A DNA stretch of 64,000 bases from Balanoglossus misakiensis (Eukaryota; Animalia; Hemichordata), in NCBI GenBank assembly GCA_040954595.2, contig CM082591.2, positions 10,185,309 through 10,249,308 of the forward strand, written 5' to 3'. A model generated the notes under the pieces. The model was not told where the DNA came from. It saw nothing but the letters and a program-made list of their open reading frames with translations, and ran no database searches. Of the stretch, positions 25,091-38,588 are shown one piece after another. The translations under genes and the position numbers were made by a program. Position 1 is the first letter of the stretch, and each line of letters opens with the position of its first letter.

Positions 25091-26059
25091 GAGAGGGGGG
25101 GGGGAGGGTTACTCAAACATTTATAACACCCAGCAACTTTTGGTACTGGCAGTGTTTGTCCTCCAATGATTTCAACATCCTGCTAGGAATACAACCTCTC
25201 CTCAACTTCATAAATATAGGGCATGACATTGCAGGTTTTTTTAGAACACTGTTTAAAATAACCCTCATCAAGCCTGTTAACTTATTTAGACAGACTATTA
25301 TCCAGAATGAAACGAAACATGAATGCAATAAAAAGATCTTGTGCAATAAAAACCAAGTTGATCATAACAATTATTTGCTACGTACAACATGTACATCACT
25401 AATAGAAGTTATGGCTATAAGCATAAACCTGTTTGTTTTGCTATCTTCACTATTCATGTTATCTGACTATATTAATACATTTGCAAGCATACTGTTTCAG
25501 ACATAGCGAATTTGATAAACATCTACAAATATATTTTTACCTGTTGAAGTTATCAAAATCCAGACACTTGACAAAAGTAGATTTTTCATCCCCTCTATAG
25601 ATTGATAGTCTAACATAACAGGCAATCTGTTTCTAACAACTGCAGAAGCCTTCATAAAAAGTTGTTGGCCAGAATGAAAGCTTGGGGGGACGTAGGATTT
25701 CCTACTTTTTAGGTTATTTTTTCTATGGCCCCAAAAAGTTATGACACAAAATTGATGACCCCCCTTGGAATTTATAATCCCCCCCCCCCCTTATCATACC
25801 CTGTCCATATTCTTATAAATGTCAATAAACGCCATACGGTCCTGTATGTTTTGTTTTGAGCTAATATTATGAATTTTCTATTTTTATTGTTTTGTCTTTT
25901 ACTGCATTATTGGTAAAAAAAATCTTCCTTTCTGAAAGCGATAGTTTTTGTTCAAATTGCAAATTGTTGTGAAATTGGTATATTTATAATTTTGAGCAAT
26001 TTGTATCCATATTCAAATAAATATGAAAAGAAATTTCTCACAGATATTATTTACTTTGA

Positions 26060-26866
26060 TTATCACATACATAGCTCCGCATATACCATAGTATGACGTC
26101 AGACGTAGGTAAATTTGCACCACGCATTATTGTAATACCCATCCCTCTGACGTCACCAAACGGAACTATTTTAAACTTGTAAACAAAGTCCTCTTAGGGC
26201 GACAAAATTCAGTTCAATTGTTCGTTTTATTTCGATATTAAAAATAAGCAAAGATAAATAAAATGTTTCGTATGTGTAAATATGGACGATCGACGATTAG
26301 TTTTACCTGTGTACATTTTTATCGCACCAAAACTGTCGCGGGGTCGTCAGTGCTGAGCCAATGTCGTCGCGCTGTCGAACGAGCGACAGGTACAAAACTG
26401 AGTATTCGCAAAAATTTTGATGCGACGATTAGAGCAAAACGGTCTAGTCATAAAGCAAAAGGCATACGAAAGGTTTCCTGCTCCAGTGAAACCGTGACGG
26501 ACGATGAAATCCAGCTGATGCGCGATAGACGGGTCCTCGCTAAAACCAGAATCGTCCAGGTCGTGACCTGAGTCACCTGACAGATAGACCGCATAACATC
26601 GATCTTCAATTTTGCACAAAATAGTTCCAAATTTTATCGCAACCACAAAGAGATTTATTTGAAAATAAAAATTAGCGGATCTATGTATGTGATAAACATA
26701 TAATTCCCCCGTATTCCTCACTCGTGTACCTGCGTCGCGAACTCGTGATTCCCCGTATAGCTGTATCCCTCCTCGCCTGCGGCTCGGAGGGATACGGCCG
26801 CTATACGGGGAATCACTCGTCCGCGACGCAGGCACACTCGTTCGAAATACGGGGGAATTATATATA
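26060..26866. mobile_element. Non-autonomous element with an inverted repeat plus a long terminal palindrome (Crypton-like, tentative)
   Basis: 21-bp IR at 26060-26080/26675-26695, then a ~166-bp palindrome at 26698-26863 centred on ctcgcctgcggctcg with ctcg/ctcg internal loops. CpG-rich body; no TSD. Confidence 0.55.
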
Positions 26867-27022
26867 ATAATACTATCATTCGTGCAACAACTAATCAATC
26901 AAACAGTCAATAATCATAAATTGGGAGTTCAAAAATATCTATGAGGGAGATTTAAAACCCTGTTAGCAACAACTATTTGCCATGTTTTCAGTATTAATGT
27001 TTTGTGTAGCTTCTGCAGTTTT

Positions 27023-27645
27023 TAGGTCCCATTTGGTATGTACCATGGGCCTTATGGAATCAGTTGCGTCTGTATTTATGTATGGATGTACTGTATTTTC
27101 GCGAGTTAAATTTTTCGCGATATCGAGAGAGGCCACTGTTTCGCGAGTATTAATTTTCGCGTTCTCTTATTTCATTCACTGCATCGTTAACTTCAAAAAC
27201 AATTGACGTGACTTTTTATTTTCACGTTATTTTGGCTCTCGCGTATTTGGCGAAAATTAATTGCTCGCGAAAATAAAGTGTTTTACAGTATGTCTGTCTG
27301 TTTGTATGGATGTATGTCTGTATGTCCGTCCACATCAAAAACTTGAAAACCGTTGTGCGTATCACCTCGATATTTGGTGTGCAGATGCAGGCTGGGCTGT
27401 AGATTGGAGTTTGTTAACATGAAGTTGTCATTACCAAATATATGCAAATTAGCTGGAAAAATGTGAAATTGGTCAAAACTCGCAAAACTCAACAACTGCT
27501 GGTCAGATTGATTTGGAAATTGGTATGCAAGTACCTTATGTCTACCTCATACAGTCCTGTATGTTTTGAGCTAATTTTGATTTTCTATTTTTGATGCATT
27601 TGTTTGTATTTTTCAACATTATTGGTAAAAAATCTTCATCTGAAT
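27023..27645. mobile_element. HINE-like family H3 copy interrupted by a MITE
   Basis: Head ttaggtcccatttggtatgtaccatgggcc. The core matches 24500-24850. Confidence 0.7.
27091..27288. mobile_element. TA-TSD MITE (Tc1/mariner-type) inserted in the H3 microsatellite
   Basis: ta|ctgta...tacag|ta with internal ttttcgcg/cgcgaaaa inverted motifs. Absent from the other H3 copies. Confidence 0.7.
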
Positions 27646-29343
27646 CTAAAATTACCGTCGAATCATCCAGTGTGAGTTAGCACTGTAATTAGCAAAAGTT
27701 ATAAATCCACAGTTACCCAGCAAATTTGATATAATGCTTCACATAGGTATTGGTTTTGAACATCCTTCAGAAAGGGTATGAATATTTTAAAATTTTTACT
27801 GTTGCAACCCAGACTAGTTTATTTCTGAATAAACAGAGAAATGACAACCGGATAGATTATTCTTCTGTACCAAAGACATATGCAGACACAAGAAATAGTC
27901 TGAACATTATCAGTACATTACTAAAACAGTGTAGGTACATTGTACTATAAACTGAGGAAGATTAGTGACTATTGTTTGCCAAAAATTTTCCCAAGTCAGT
28001 TCTCAAGCATATCAGAATAGTAGCTTTGAGTAGCAAAGTGTGATGATTTAAAATGTAAAAAGACAACACCAATCTCTAGCTCTGCTCTCAGCACTGCAAA
28101 AGTTATCAGACAGGTAGATAGATGTTCAGTCATCCTATGTCTGTCAACACTTTTCTTTTCTGAAATCACTGGTGCAAGTGCTTTCAAATTTGGTGTGCAG
28201 GTTTCTTGGGGTAGTGAAGTACTGCGTGTTCAAATTGTGTTGAATTCTGCATATTTGTAGTTTGGAACAATTTTTTGCTGTTTTTGGAAGAAAAAAGCTA
28301 AGCTCGTAGATTACTTTGACTTTGCAGGTTTCTAGGTATGACACAAGTTGTTTCTTCAAAATATGGTGAAATTTGCATATTTGGGGGGAAATTTTCTCTG
28401 AAATTTAGTATGGATCTCCCTGAGGTATGTGACATAATCTGTAATTTTGTATTTTGGAGACAGTTGCCTTTTTATACAAACAAAAAATCTTGTCAGAATA
28501 TGCATGTCTGATTGCCATGTCCACAGGGGTGATCTAATTTTATTTACATTATAACCGAATCTGTAAAGTTTTCATAATGATCTTTAAAATAGGTACGTCT
28601 AATTGATTTGATGATTGGTATGAATTGTCCCTTGGTGATCATAGTCAATGCTTTTGAAATTCTGCTGAATATTGCATTATTATTTTGTCCGAGTCTGAAT
28701 AGTAGTCATCTTCTCTGAAACCCCTTGACCTAAGTCAGGTGTCAAATAGTACAATTTGCAGATTTGTTGCATTGGAGATATTGTTGCAGTTTTTGAAATT
28801 CAAGATGGCTGCCAATGTCTGTGTTAACTCTATGGAAAAACATTTATGTAAATACTTTTCTGAAAACAAGGTGGTGAACATCACATTTTTGTTTACAAAC
28901 AGTAATAGAAATAGCTATCATTGTTTCTTAAAATCTTAACTTGTAGGATTCTTTTTCAATCTCTGGCATCTGCAGAGACAATTAAACAACTCTATAAAAA
29001 GTCTTATTGCTTAGTACTGACACGAGGTGGTAAAAAGATGTGCAGCTTTTGACTTCTTACAGGCTTACACTTTGTTAGTAATATGAGTCCCTATTGGTAT
29101 TGTGCTGGGTTTTTAGGAGCTTGGGCCCCATTCCCTGGATATTTTGTACACCTTGCTCTGAAAACCTGCCACACCTATGCTTCTTGAATTTGTCACAGTT
29201 GTCCTTGCCAATGAGTGTGCACCTTGAAATTCAAATCAGTCATTTGACCTGGCAGCCATATTCAATTGAAATTTTTAAATTAATGCAAATTAGCTGGGAA
29301 AATTTGAAATTGGTCAAAACTCAGAAACTCGACAACCACTGGT

Positions 29344-30864
29344 CAGATTGATTTGACAATTGGTATGCAAGTACCTTATGTCAACCACATACAGTCCTGT
29401 ATTTTGAATAGTTTGAATGTTCTATTTTTAATCATTTTTTGCCTTTTTCTTCATTTTTGGTAAAAAATCTACTTTTCTAGAATTGATGAGACGACTTCTT
29501 TGAAATTTAGTATGAAGCTTCATATAGGTGATATGAGTTACCATACTTTTGTTAAAATGTAGGAAATTTGCATATTCATAATTTTGGAGCAATTTTGGCC
29601 TTTTTTTATTTTTTTTTTCTAAAACCGCTTGTTACATTGCTTTGAAATTTATTAGTCATATTAGGGGTAGCCCAAGTAAAATTTGCATGTATGTTTTTCA
29701 AATCAACTTGATGAATTGAATAGTATATTTTTGGGATGATTTTTGCCATTTTTGGTCAAAACTCTTCTCAGAACCCCCCACAGTACGTGAAATATCCCAT
29801 GAAGCATTCTGATTTGTACAACCAGAGATTACTCGGTCAAACCAGGCAAAGTTCACATGTGTAGAGAAAATTGTAGACCACTAATACAAATTTTGAGAGC
29901 ATGCTTTAAAGGCGAATGTTATTGTCAATTACCATTTCAAATGATAAACAAAATCATGCATTATTGAAAGAGGAGATACAAATTTTATAAAATAAGCAAT
30001 TGCATAGCCAGCCGATACAAAAAAGTTTGAAGTAAAACAGGGACACTTGAAACACTTGTTTAATCAAACAAAAAGATATTGATTTTTTTCTATTGACAGA
30101 ACAATGGAAATTTACATGTTAACTTTCAACAGAGACTGGCCACCTCAGTTAGTCATTGCTTCTTTCCTCTTAAGTGTGACATTTGACGTACATGAATGAA
30201 TACTTTGATTTCTATGGCTTTTAAATTTTGATTTTGAAATTTTCACTCTAATTCCTCAACATAATTTTTCTAAATAAATCTTAATACAGTTATATGTACT
30301 TCATATCATTCTTAGTATCTAAAACAGAAAGTAATTAAATGGACAATCTCGATGATACAAATAATGGAGAATTGTGGGTAAAATATCGTACTGTTCCCCC
30401 TCTACCCCCACTGCTTTAAAATTTGATTTAAAGGGTTCAGGGTTTGTTCTCATGATAATTTACAGATTGATTTGACAATTGGTATGCAAGTACCTTATGT
30501 CAACCACATACAATCCTGTATTTTTTGAACTAATAGTTTGAATGTTCTATTTTATGCATTTTTTGCCTTTTTCCTCATTTGTGGTAAAAAAATCTACTTT
30601 TCTAGAATTGATGAGTCAACTTCTTTGAAATTTTAGTATGAAGCTTCATATAGGTGATATGAGTTACAAGACTTTTGTTGAAATGTTGCAAAATTTGCAT
30701 ATTGATAATTTTGGAGCAATTTCAGCCTTGTTTAATTAATTTTTTTTCTCTAAAACCGCTTGTTCCATTGCTTTAAAATTTGTTAGTCATGTTAGGGGTA
30801 GCTCAAGTAAGATTTGCATGTATGTTTTTCAAATCAACTTGATGAATTGAATAGTATATTTTTG
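29344..30864 (+). repeat. ~390-bp direct duplication of an H3 internal segment (29344-29733 and 30463-30864)
   Basis: Collinear sequence from cagattgatttgacaattgg to gaattgaatagtatattttt. Confidence 0.8.
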
Positions 30865-30868
30865 AGGG

Positions 30869-31122
30869 ATCAAATCAAATCAAATCAAAACAAACATTTA
30901 TAAAGCGCCAGAATCAATAACAATGTTATTTCCAAAGGCGCTGAAAGTATAACATCAGTGTTCGTAGGCTTTGACAAATAGAAATGTCTTGAGTTTTTGT
31001 TTGAAAATGTTGAGACTAGAAGCCTGTTGAATGTCAGATGGCAGAGAATTGTTTTGAGTCTGTACTTTGGTACACACAACTGGTTCCTTGAGCTGAAGCG
31101 CAGAGCCCGACTAGGCTTATAT
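30869..31122 (-). mobile_element. 5'-truncated L2/CR1-group LINE 3' end
   Basis: The minus strand reads YKPSRALRFSSRNQLCVPKYRLKT, then a deletion/frameshift, then NSLPSDIQQASSLNIFKQKLKTFLF. This is the typical L2 ORF2 C-terminus, followed by a short 3'UTR and an (ATTTG)n tail. Confidence 0.85.
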
Positions 31123-31904
31123 GATTTTCGATTTGATTTGGTTTCAGGGTGTTTTCTCATGATGATTTACAAAACCTATGACTGTTTACTTTGAAATTTG
31201 AGTAGGAAGTTAATTGGATGTGTTTGTTTAGATAATGGAATCAAATAAAGTTATTCATTATTCACCTTCATTCTTCACCTCATTTCATTTATTGGCTGGT
31301 TTGTCTATTGTATCAGGGCAGAGTACTTGCCATCCCACCCCACCGATACAAACTTTGAGTGGCAAAAGAAAAATTTGTCGTAACATTGAGTTAATTTGCT
31401 TTTGGGCTCACTAAAATGCAACTTTGAGCTCTGTATTTGTACAAAATTTTCATTAATTGGCTGGTTTGTCTATTGTACCAGGCCAGCATACATAAGATCA
31501 AGATGTTTTCGGGGCTGGGGGCATCATATTTTATTGCCTCTCTATGTGTGTGTCTGTCTGTCTGTACTCCTGTGTAGACATTTTCTAGTGTAATCACTAA
31601 ATGAGACCACAGTGACCTTGACGCTATTTTTTGCGATTTTCAATGACCCCAGGGTAACCTTTGACCAGCTTTCATATATCTTGGTATTCACTGCAGAATA
31701 CAGCCTTGGCATACCCTGGTAACCATGGGAACCGTTTGGGCCCCACCAATGGTGCTGGCAGCGTTAATTTTTAAATGATTTCTTCTTATCGTTTTCTTTA
31801 TCAATGATGATGACTTGATCTAATCAGATTATAAAAATAATTTCATTCTTTTTTTACATTAGGTTCTTTGGTAACACTGCTGCTGGTGGGAGTGTAAAAT
31901 TGGT

Positions 31905-32410
31905 AATGACGCCGCCACCTAATACTGTACTGGATAGATGAATTTAATACTTGTAACGACGCCGCCACCTAATACTGTACTGGAGGGATGAACTTAATAC
32001 TTGTAACGACGCCGCCACCTAATACTGTACTGGAGGGAGGAACTTAATACTTGTAACGACGCCGCCATCTAATACTGTACTGGAGGGAGGAACTTAATAC
32101 TTGTAACGACGCCGCCACCTAATACTGTACTGGAGGGAGGATCTTAATACTTGTAACGACGCCGCCACCTAATACTGTACTGGAGGGAGGAACTTAAACT
32201 TGTAACGACGCCGCCACCTAATACTGTACTGGAGGGAGGAACTTAAACTTGTAACGACGCCGCCACCTAATACTGTACTGGAGGGAGGAACTTAATACTT
32301 GTAACAACGCCGCCACCTAATACTGTACTGAAGGGAGGAACTTAAACTTGTAACGACGCCGCCACCTAATACTGTACTGGAGGGATGAACTTAATACTTG
32401 TAACGACGCC
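31905..32410. repeat. 50-bp minisatellite (48-bp variants), ~10 copies
   Basis: Unit cttgtaacgacgccgccacctaatactgtactggagggaggaacttaata. Confidence 0.95.
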
Positions 32411-32592
32411 AGATGATGCTTCTGTGACCAGAGGGATGAACGACGCCATGATTTGTTGATCTGATCTAATTAATAATATTCATCCTTTTTTTTCAATAGG
32501 TTCATTGGTATTATCATCGCCGGAGGGAGTCTAATCAATATCTACAACAACGCCGCACCAGATAACAATATCAAAACCAGAGGGATGCAGTC

Positions 32593-33160
32593 AATAGGTT
32601 AGGCTAATAAAAATGGTTTAATCTGAGGGAATGGTAATAGGTTGGTGTATGAATATGTTAGGGTAATAAAAAATGGTATAATCTAACAGAATGGTGAAGG
32701 GTTGGTGTATGAATAGGTTAGGCTAATAAAAATGGTATAATCTAATGGAATGGTGAAGGGTTGGTGTATGATGACTAATAAAACAGTGTGCACAAGGGTA
32801 CTATAACAAAACTGTCTGCAAGGGTATAATATTATGGTTTCAAGGGTATGATAAGTAATAAAAATACTATAAAATCATGAGTAATGCCACGTGGTAAATA
32901 AAAACTGTACATGTACAGAGGGTAAATACCGGTATAATATATAAGGGTGTAAACATCAATGGTGTAATAATAAAAAATGGGTAACACAAGGTTTTGGTGG
33001 TATAATAATAATAAAATGGTATTAACTTGATGGTATAAACATTATGGGATGTGTATAAATGGTGTTAATATTACAAAGGTATGATGATTAGTTGGGGTGT
33101 AATAATAAGAAACTTAAAATCATTGGGTAATTTATTAGGGTCAGGTTGGGTATAATAATT
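32593..33160. repeat. ~60-bp tandem repeat x3 decaying into GGTATAAT-rich, C-poor low complexity
   Basis: aataggttaggctaataaaaatgg...ggttggtgtatg at 32593, 32652 and 32712. Confidence 0.8.
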
Positions 33161-33191
33161 GTTGCTATGCATTCGTGTAATAATTGTCTGC

Positions 33192-33390
33192 GGATTTTTT
33201 GCAGCATTACCCGCGTTCGCGTTCTTCATTGCAGGTCGCTCGTCGTGTAATGGAATTTCGCCGTGTGCCCGTTTGATTCGCCGATGGATTTTTTACAACG
33301 TTACCCGCGTTCGCGTTCTTCATCGCAGTTCGCTCGTCGTGTAATGGAATTTCGCTGTGTGCCCGGTTGATTCGCCGATGGATTTTTTGC
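33192..33390. repeat. 94-bp CpG-rich tandem duplication
   Basis: ggatttttt...gattcgccgat starts at 33192 and 33286, with a partial third start at 33380. Confidence 0.9.
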
Positions 33391-34309
33391 TTTCGTCATC
33401 GTAATTCCCGCATCAACACGAATCCTCAATCTCACGCAACAACAATACATCAAAATGTACACAGAAAAATAGGAGTCGGCAAGACAATTCTGGTTAGTTT
33501 GAGCCCCAACCTTTTAAAATTCACAACGGGGTAGGGGGCAGTTTTTCCTCATTTTATATTTGGCTCGAGGTTTTTAACTGTCCCCAGGCGCGTAAAGTTA
33601 GTTAGTTTATCACACAGAATGTAATTATCTTGCTTGATTTAAAAAACACTAAAATTGTATGGGGGAGCTTCTTGCGATTTGCACTTAAGAAACTGATGGT
33701 TTTTACCCATAGATAATATTTAGTATTAAGCACATAATTGCCTGGAAATAAAAATTAACTCAAGGGTAGAATGCAACAGTTAATTTTGTGCAATATCAAC
33801 AGGAGCTATTTTGGCACATTTTTTCAGTTTGATAAACACTGTTTTTGCTCATTGTTTCATTTCGACCACATTATTTCAGTTTGATAAACACTGTTTTTGC
33901 TCATTGTTTCATTTCGACCACTTTTGTCACCTTGTTTCAAATTGAATGCTGTTTGACCACTATACTTGGGGTAATTGTTCCAAATTGGTATGCAAGATAT
34001 TTTACATCAGCAGTTAGCCATCTAGCCACACTTTAGCTGCACAGCATATGAAAAATAATGAAATTCATGCAAAAAGCAAAAAAGTATTATGGGTATAATG
34101 CCATTGCAGCATTGGCGGTTCGACTCCGTCGATACTTACTTTGAAGCATAAGTCTTCATTATTTTTCATATGTAATAAATAAAACTATTCCAAATTCATA
34201 TCTTTGTTTTCAGTTAGTGCTTTTGCTTCAGTTAGGGGGCCCACACTTACCAAACCTGTCTTGCCATCTTTTCACATTTCTTCAACAGTAGGCAGTATTT
34301 GATCAAATT

Positions 34310-37300
34310 GACCCACAAATCACTCAAAATTAATAGGCAGGATACTGTCCACTCTGGCCTGGTTACTGTCTGGCCAGGTTAATGTTGACGCAAAGGTTGA
34401 CCACACCAAACACTCAAAATTAACGGGCACGACACTGGCCACTCTGGCCTGGTTAATTAATGTTGACGCAAAGGTTGACCCCACCAAACACTCAAAATTA
34501 ATGGGCACGACACTGGCCACTCTGGCCTGGTTAATCAATGCTGACGCAAAGGTTGACCCCACCAAACACTCAAAATTAATGGGCACGACACTGGCCACAA
34601 GCTCTGGCCTGGTTAATCAATGCTGACGCAAAGGTTGACCCCACCAAACACTCAAAATTAATTGGCACGACACTGGCCACTAGCTCTGGCCTGGTTAATC
34701 AATGCTGACGCAAAGGTTGACCCCACCAAACACTCAAAATTAATGGGCACGACACTGGCCACTAGCTCTGGCCTGGTTAATCAATGCTGACGCAAAGGTT
34801 GACCCCACCAAACACTCAAAATTAATGGGCACGACACTGGCCACTAGCTCTGGCCTGGTTAATCAATGCTGACGCAAAGGTTGACCCCACCAAACACTCA
34901 AAAGTAATGGGCACGACACTGGCCACTAGCTCTGGCCTGGTTAATCAATGCTGACGCAAAGGTTGACCCCACCAAACACTCAAAATTAATGGGCACGACA
35001 CTGGCCACTAGCTCTGGCCTGGTAAATCAATGCTGACGCAAAGGTTGACCCCACCAAACACTCAAAATTAATGGGCACGACACTGGCCACTAGCTCTGCA
35101 TGGCCTGGTTAATCAATGCTGACGCAAAGGTTGACCCCACCAAACACTCAAAATTAATGGGCACGACACTGGCCACTAGCTCTGCATGGCCTGGTTAATC
35201 AATGTTGACGCAAAGGTTGACCCCACCAAACACTCAAAATTAATGGGCACGACACTGGCCACTAGTTCTGCATGGCCTGGTTAATCAATGTTGACGCAAA
35301 GGTTGACCCCACCAAACACTCAAAATTAATGGGCACGACACTGGCCACTAGCTCTGCATGGCCTGGTTAATCAATGTTGACGCAAAGGTTGACCCCACCA
35401 AACACTCAAAATTGATGGGCACGACACTGGCCACTAGCTCTGGCCTAGGTAATCAATGTTGACGCAAAGGTTGACCCCACCAAACACTCAAAATTGATGG
35501 GCACGACACTGGCCACTAGCTCTGCATGGCCTGGCTAATCAAGGTTGACGCAAAGGTTGACCCTACCAAACAGTCAAAATTAATGGGCACGACACTGGCC
35601 ACTAGCTCTGGCCCGGTTAAGCAATGCTGACGCAAAGGTTGACCCCACCAAACACTCAAAATTAATGGGCACGACACTGGCCACTAGCTCTGGCCTGGTT
35701 AATCAATGCTGACGCAAAGGTTGACCCCACCAAACACTCAAAATTAATGGGCACGACACTGGCCTCTAGCTCTGCCCTGGTTAATCAATGCTGACGCAAA
35801 GGTTGACCCCACCAAACACTCAAAATTAATGGGCACGACACTGGCCACTAGCTCTGGCCTTGTTAATCAATGCTGACGCAAAGGTTGACCCCACCAAACA
35901 CTCAAAATTAATGGGCACGACACTGGCCACTAGCTCTGGCCTGGTAAATCAATGCTGACGCAAAGGTTGACCCCACCAAACACTCAAAATTAATGGGCAC
36001 GACACTGGCCACTAGCTCTGGCGTTGTTAATCAATGCTGACGCAAAGGTTGACCCCACCAAACACTCAAAATTAATGGGCACGACACTGGCCACTAGCTC
36101 TGGCCTTGTTAATCAATGCTGACGCAAAGGTTGACCCCACCAAACACTCAAAATTAATGGGCACGACACTGGCCACTAGCTCTGCCCTGGTTAATCAATG
36201 CTGACGCAAAGGTTGACCCCACCAAACACTCAAAATTAATGGGCACGACACTGGCCACTAGCTCTGGCCTTGTTAATCAATGCTGACGCAAAGGTTGACC
36301 CCACCAAACACTCAAAATTAATGGGCACGACACTGGCCTCTAGCTCTGCCCTGGTTAATCAATGCTGACGCAAAGGTTGACCCCACCAAACACTCAAAAT
36401 TAATGGGCACGACACTGGCCACTAGCTCTGGCCTTGTTAATCAATGCTGACGCAAAGGTTGACCCCACCAAACACTCAAAATTAATGGGCACGACACTGG
36501 CCACTAGCTCTGCATGGCCTGGTTAATCAATGCTGACGCAAAGGTTGACCCCACCAAACACTCAAAATTAATGGGCACAACACTGGCCACTAGCTCTGCA
36601 TCGCCTGGTTAATCAATGTTGACGCAAAGGTTGACCCCACCAAACACTCAAAATTGATGGGCACGACACTGGCCACTAGCTCTGCATGGCCTGGTTAATC
36701 AATGTTGACGCAAAGGTTGACCCCACCAAACACTCAAAATTGATGGGCACGACACTGGCCACTAGCTCTGGCCTAGGTAATCAATGTTGACGCAAAGGTT
36801 GACCCCTCCAAACACTCAAAATTGATGGGCACGACACTGGCCACTAGCTCTGCATGGCCTGGTTAATCAATGCTGACGCAAAGGTTGACCCCACCAAACA
36901 CTCAAAATTAATGGGCACGACACTGGCCACTAGCTCTGGCCTGGTTAATCAATGCTGACGCAAAGGTTGACCCCACCAAACACTCAAAAGTAATGGGCAC
37001 GACACTGGCCACTAGCTCTGGCCTGGTTAATCAATGCTGACGCAAAGGTTGACCCCACCAAACACTCAAAATTAATGGGCACGACACTGGCCTCTAGCTC
37101 TGCCCTGGTAAATCAATGCTGACGCAAAGGTTGACCCCACCAAACACTCAAAATTAATGGGCACGACACTGGCCACTAGCTCTGCATGGCCTGGTAAATC
37201 AATGCTGACGCAAAGGTTGACCCCACCAAACACTCAAAATTAATGGGCACGACACTGGCCACTAGCTCTGCATGGCCTGGTTAATCAATGTTGACGCAAA

Positions 37301-38587
37301 GGTTGACCCCACCAAACACTCAAAATTGATGGGCACGACACTGGCCACTAGCTCTGCATGGCCTGGTTAATCAATGCTGACGCAAAGGTTGACCCCACCA
37401 AACACTCAAAATTAATGGGCACGACACTGGCCACTAGCTCTGCATGGCCTGGTTAATCAATGTTGACGCAAAGGTTGACCCCACCAAATACTCAAAATTA
37501 ATGGGCACGACACTGGCCACTAGCTCTGCATGGCCTGGTTAATCAATGTTGACGCAAAGGTTGACCCCACCAAACACTCAAAATTGATGGGCACGACACT
37601 GGCCACTAGCTCTGGCCTAGGTAATCAATGTTGACGCAAAGGTTGACCCCACCAAACACTCAAAATTGATGGGCACGACACTGGCCACTAGCTCTGCATG
37701 GCCTGGCTAATCAAGGTTGATGCAAAGGTTGACCCTACCAAACAGTCAAAATTAATGGGCACGACACTGGCCACTAGCTCTGGCCTGGTTAAGCAATGCT
37801 GACGCAAAGGTTGACCCCACCAAACACTCAAAATTAATGGGCACGACACTGGCCACTAGCTCTGGCCTGGTTAATCAATGCTGACGCAAAGGTTGACCCC
37901 ACCAAACACTCAAAATTAATGGGCACGACACTGGCCTCTAGCTCTGCCCTGGTTAATCAATGCTGACGCAAAGGTTGACCCCACCAAACACTCAAAATTA
38001 ATGGGCACGACACTGGCCACTAGCTCTGGCCTTGCTAATCAATGCTGACGCAAAGGTTGACCCCACCAAACACTCAAAATTAATGGGCACGACACTGGCC
38101 ACTAGCTCTGCATGGCCTGGTTAATCAATGCTGACGCAAAGGTTGACCCCACCAAACACTCAAAATTAATGGGCACAACACTGGCCACTAGCTCTGCATG
38201 GCCTGGTTAATCAATGTTGACGCAAAGGTTGACCCCACCAAACACTCAAAATTGATGGGCACGACACTGGCCACTAGCTCTGGCCTGGCTAATCAATGTT
38301 GACGCAAAGGTTGACCCCACCAAACACTCAAAATTGATGGGCACGACACTGGCCACTAGCTCTGCATGGCCTGGATAATCAATGTTGATGCAAAGGTTGA
38401 CCCCACCAAACACTCAAAATTGATGGGCACGACACTGGCCACTAGCTCTGCATGGCCTGGTTAATCAATGTTGACGCAAAGGTTGACCCCACCAAACACT
38501 CAAAATTGATGGGCACGACACTGGCCACTAGCTCTGCATGGCCTGGTTAATCAATGTTGACGCAAAGGTTGACCCCACCAAACACTC
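34310..38587. repeat. Satellite with an 82-bp monomer (78- and 86-bp variants), ~51 copies
   Basis: Unit gacgcaaaggttgaccccaccaaacactcaaaattaatgggcacgacactggccactagctctggcctggttaatcaatgct. Confidence 0.97.
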
Positions 38588-38588
38588 T

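Noticed and set aside
26263-26898. Overlapping 102- and 183-aa ORFs
   Set aside because: They lie in a GC-richer palindromic element and show no transposase or recombinase motifs.
34320-34598. Repetitive 92-aa ORF
   Set aside because: It is a translation of the 78-bp monomers, and the frame is lost in the 82- and 86-bp units.
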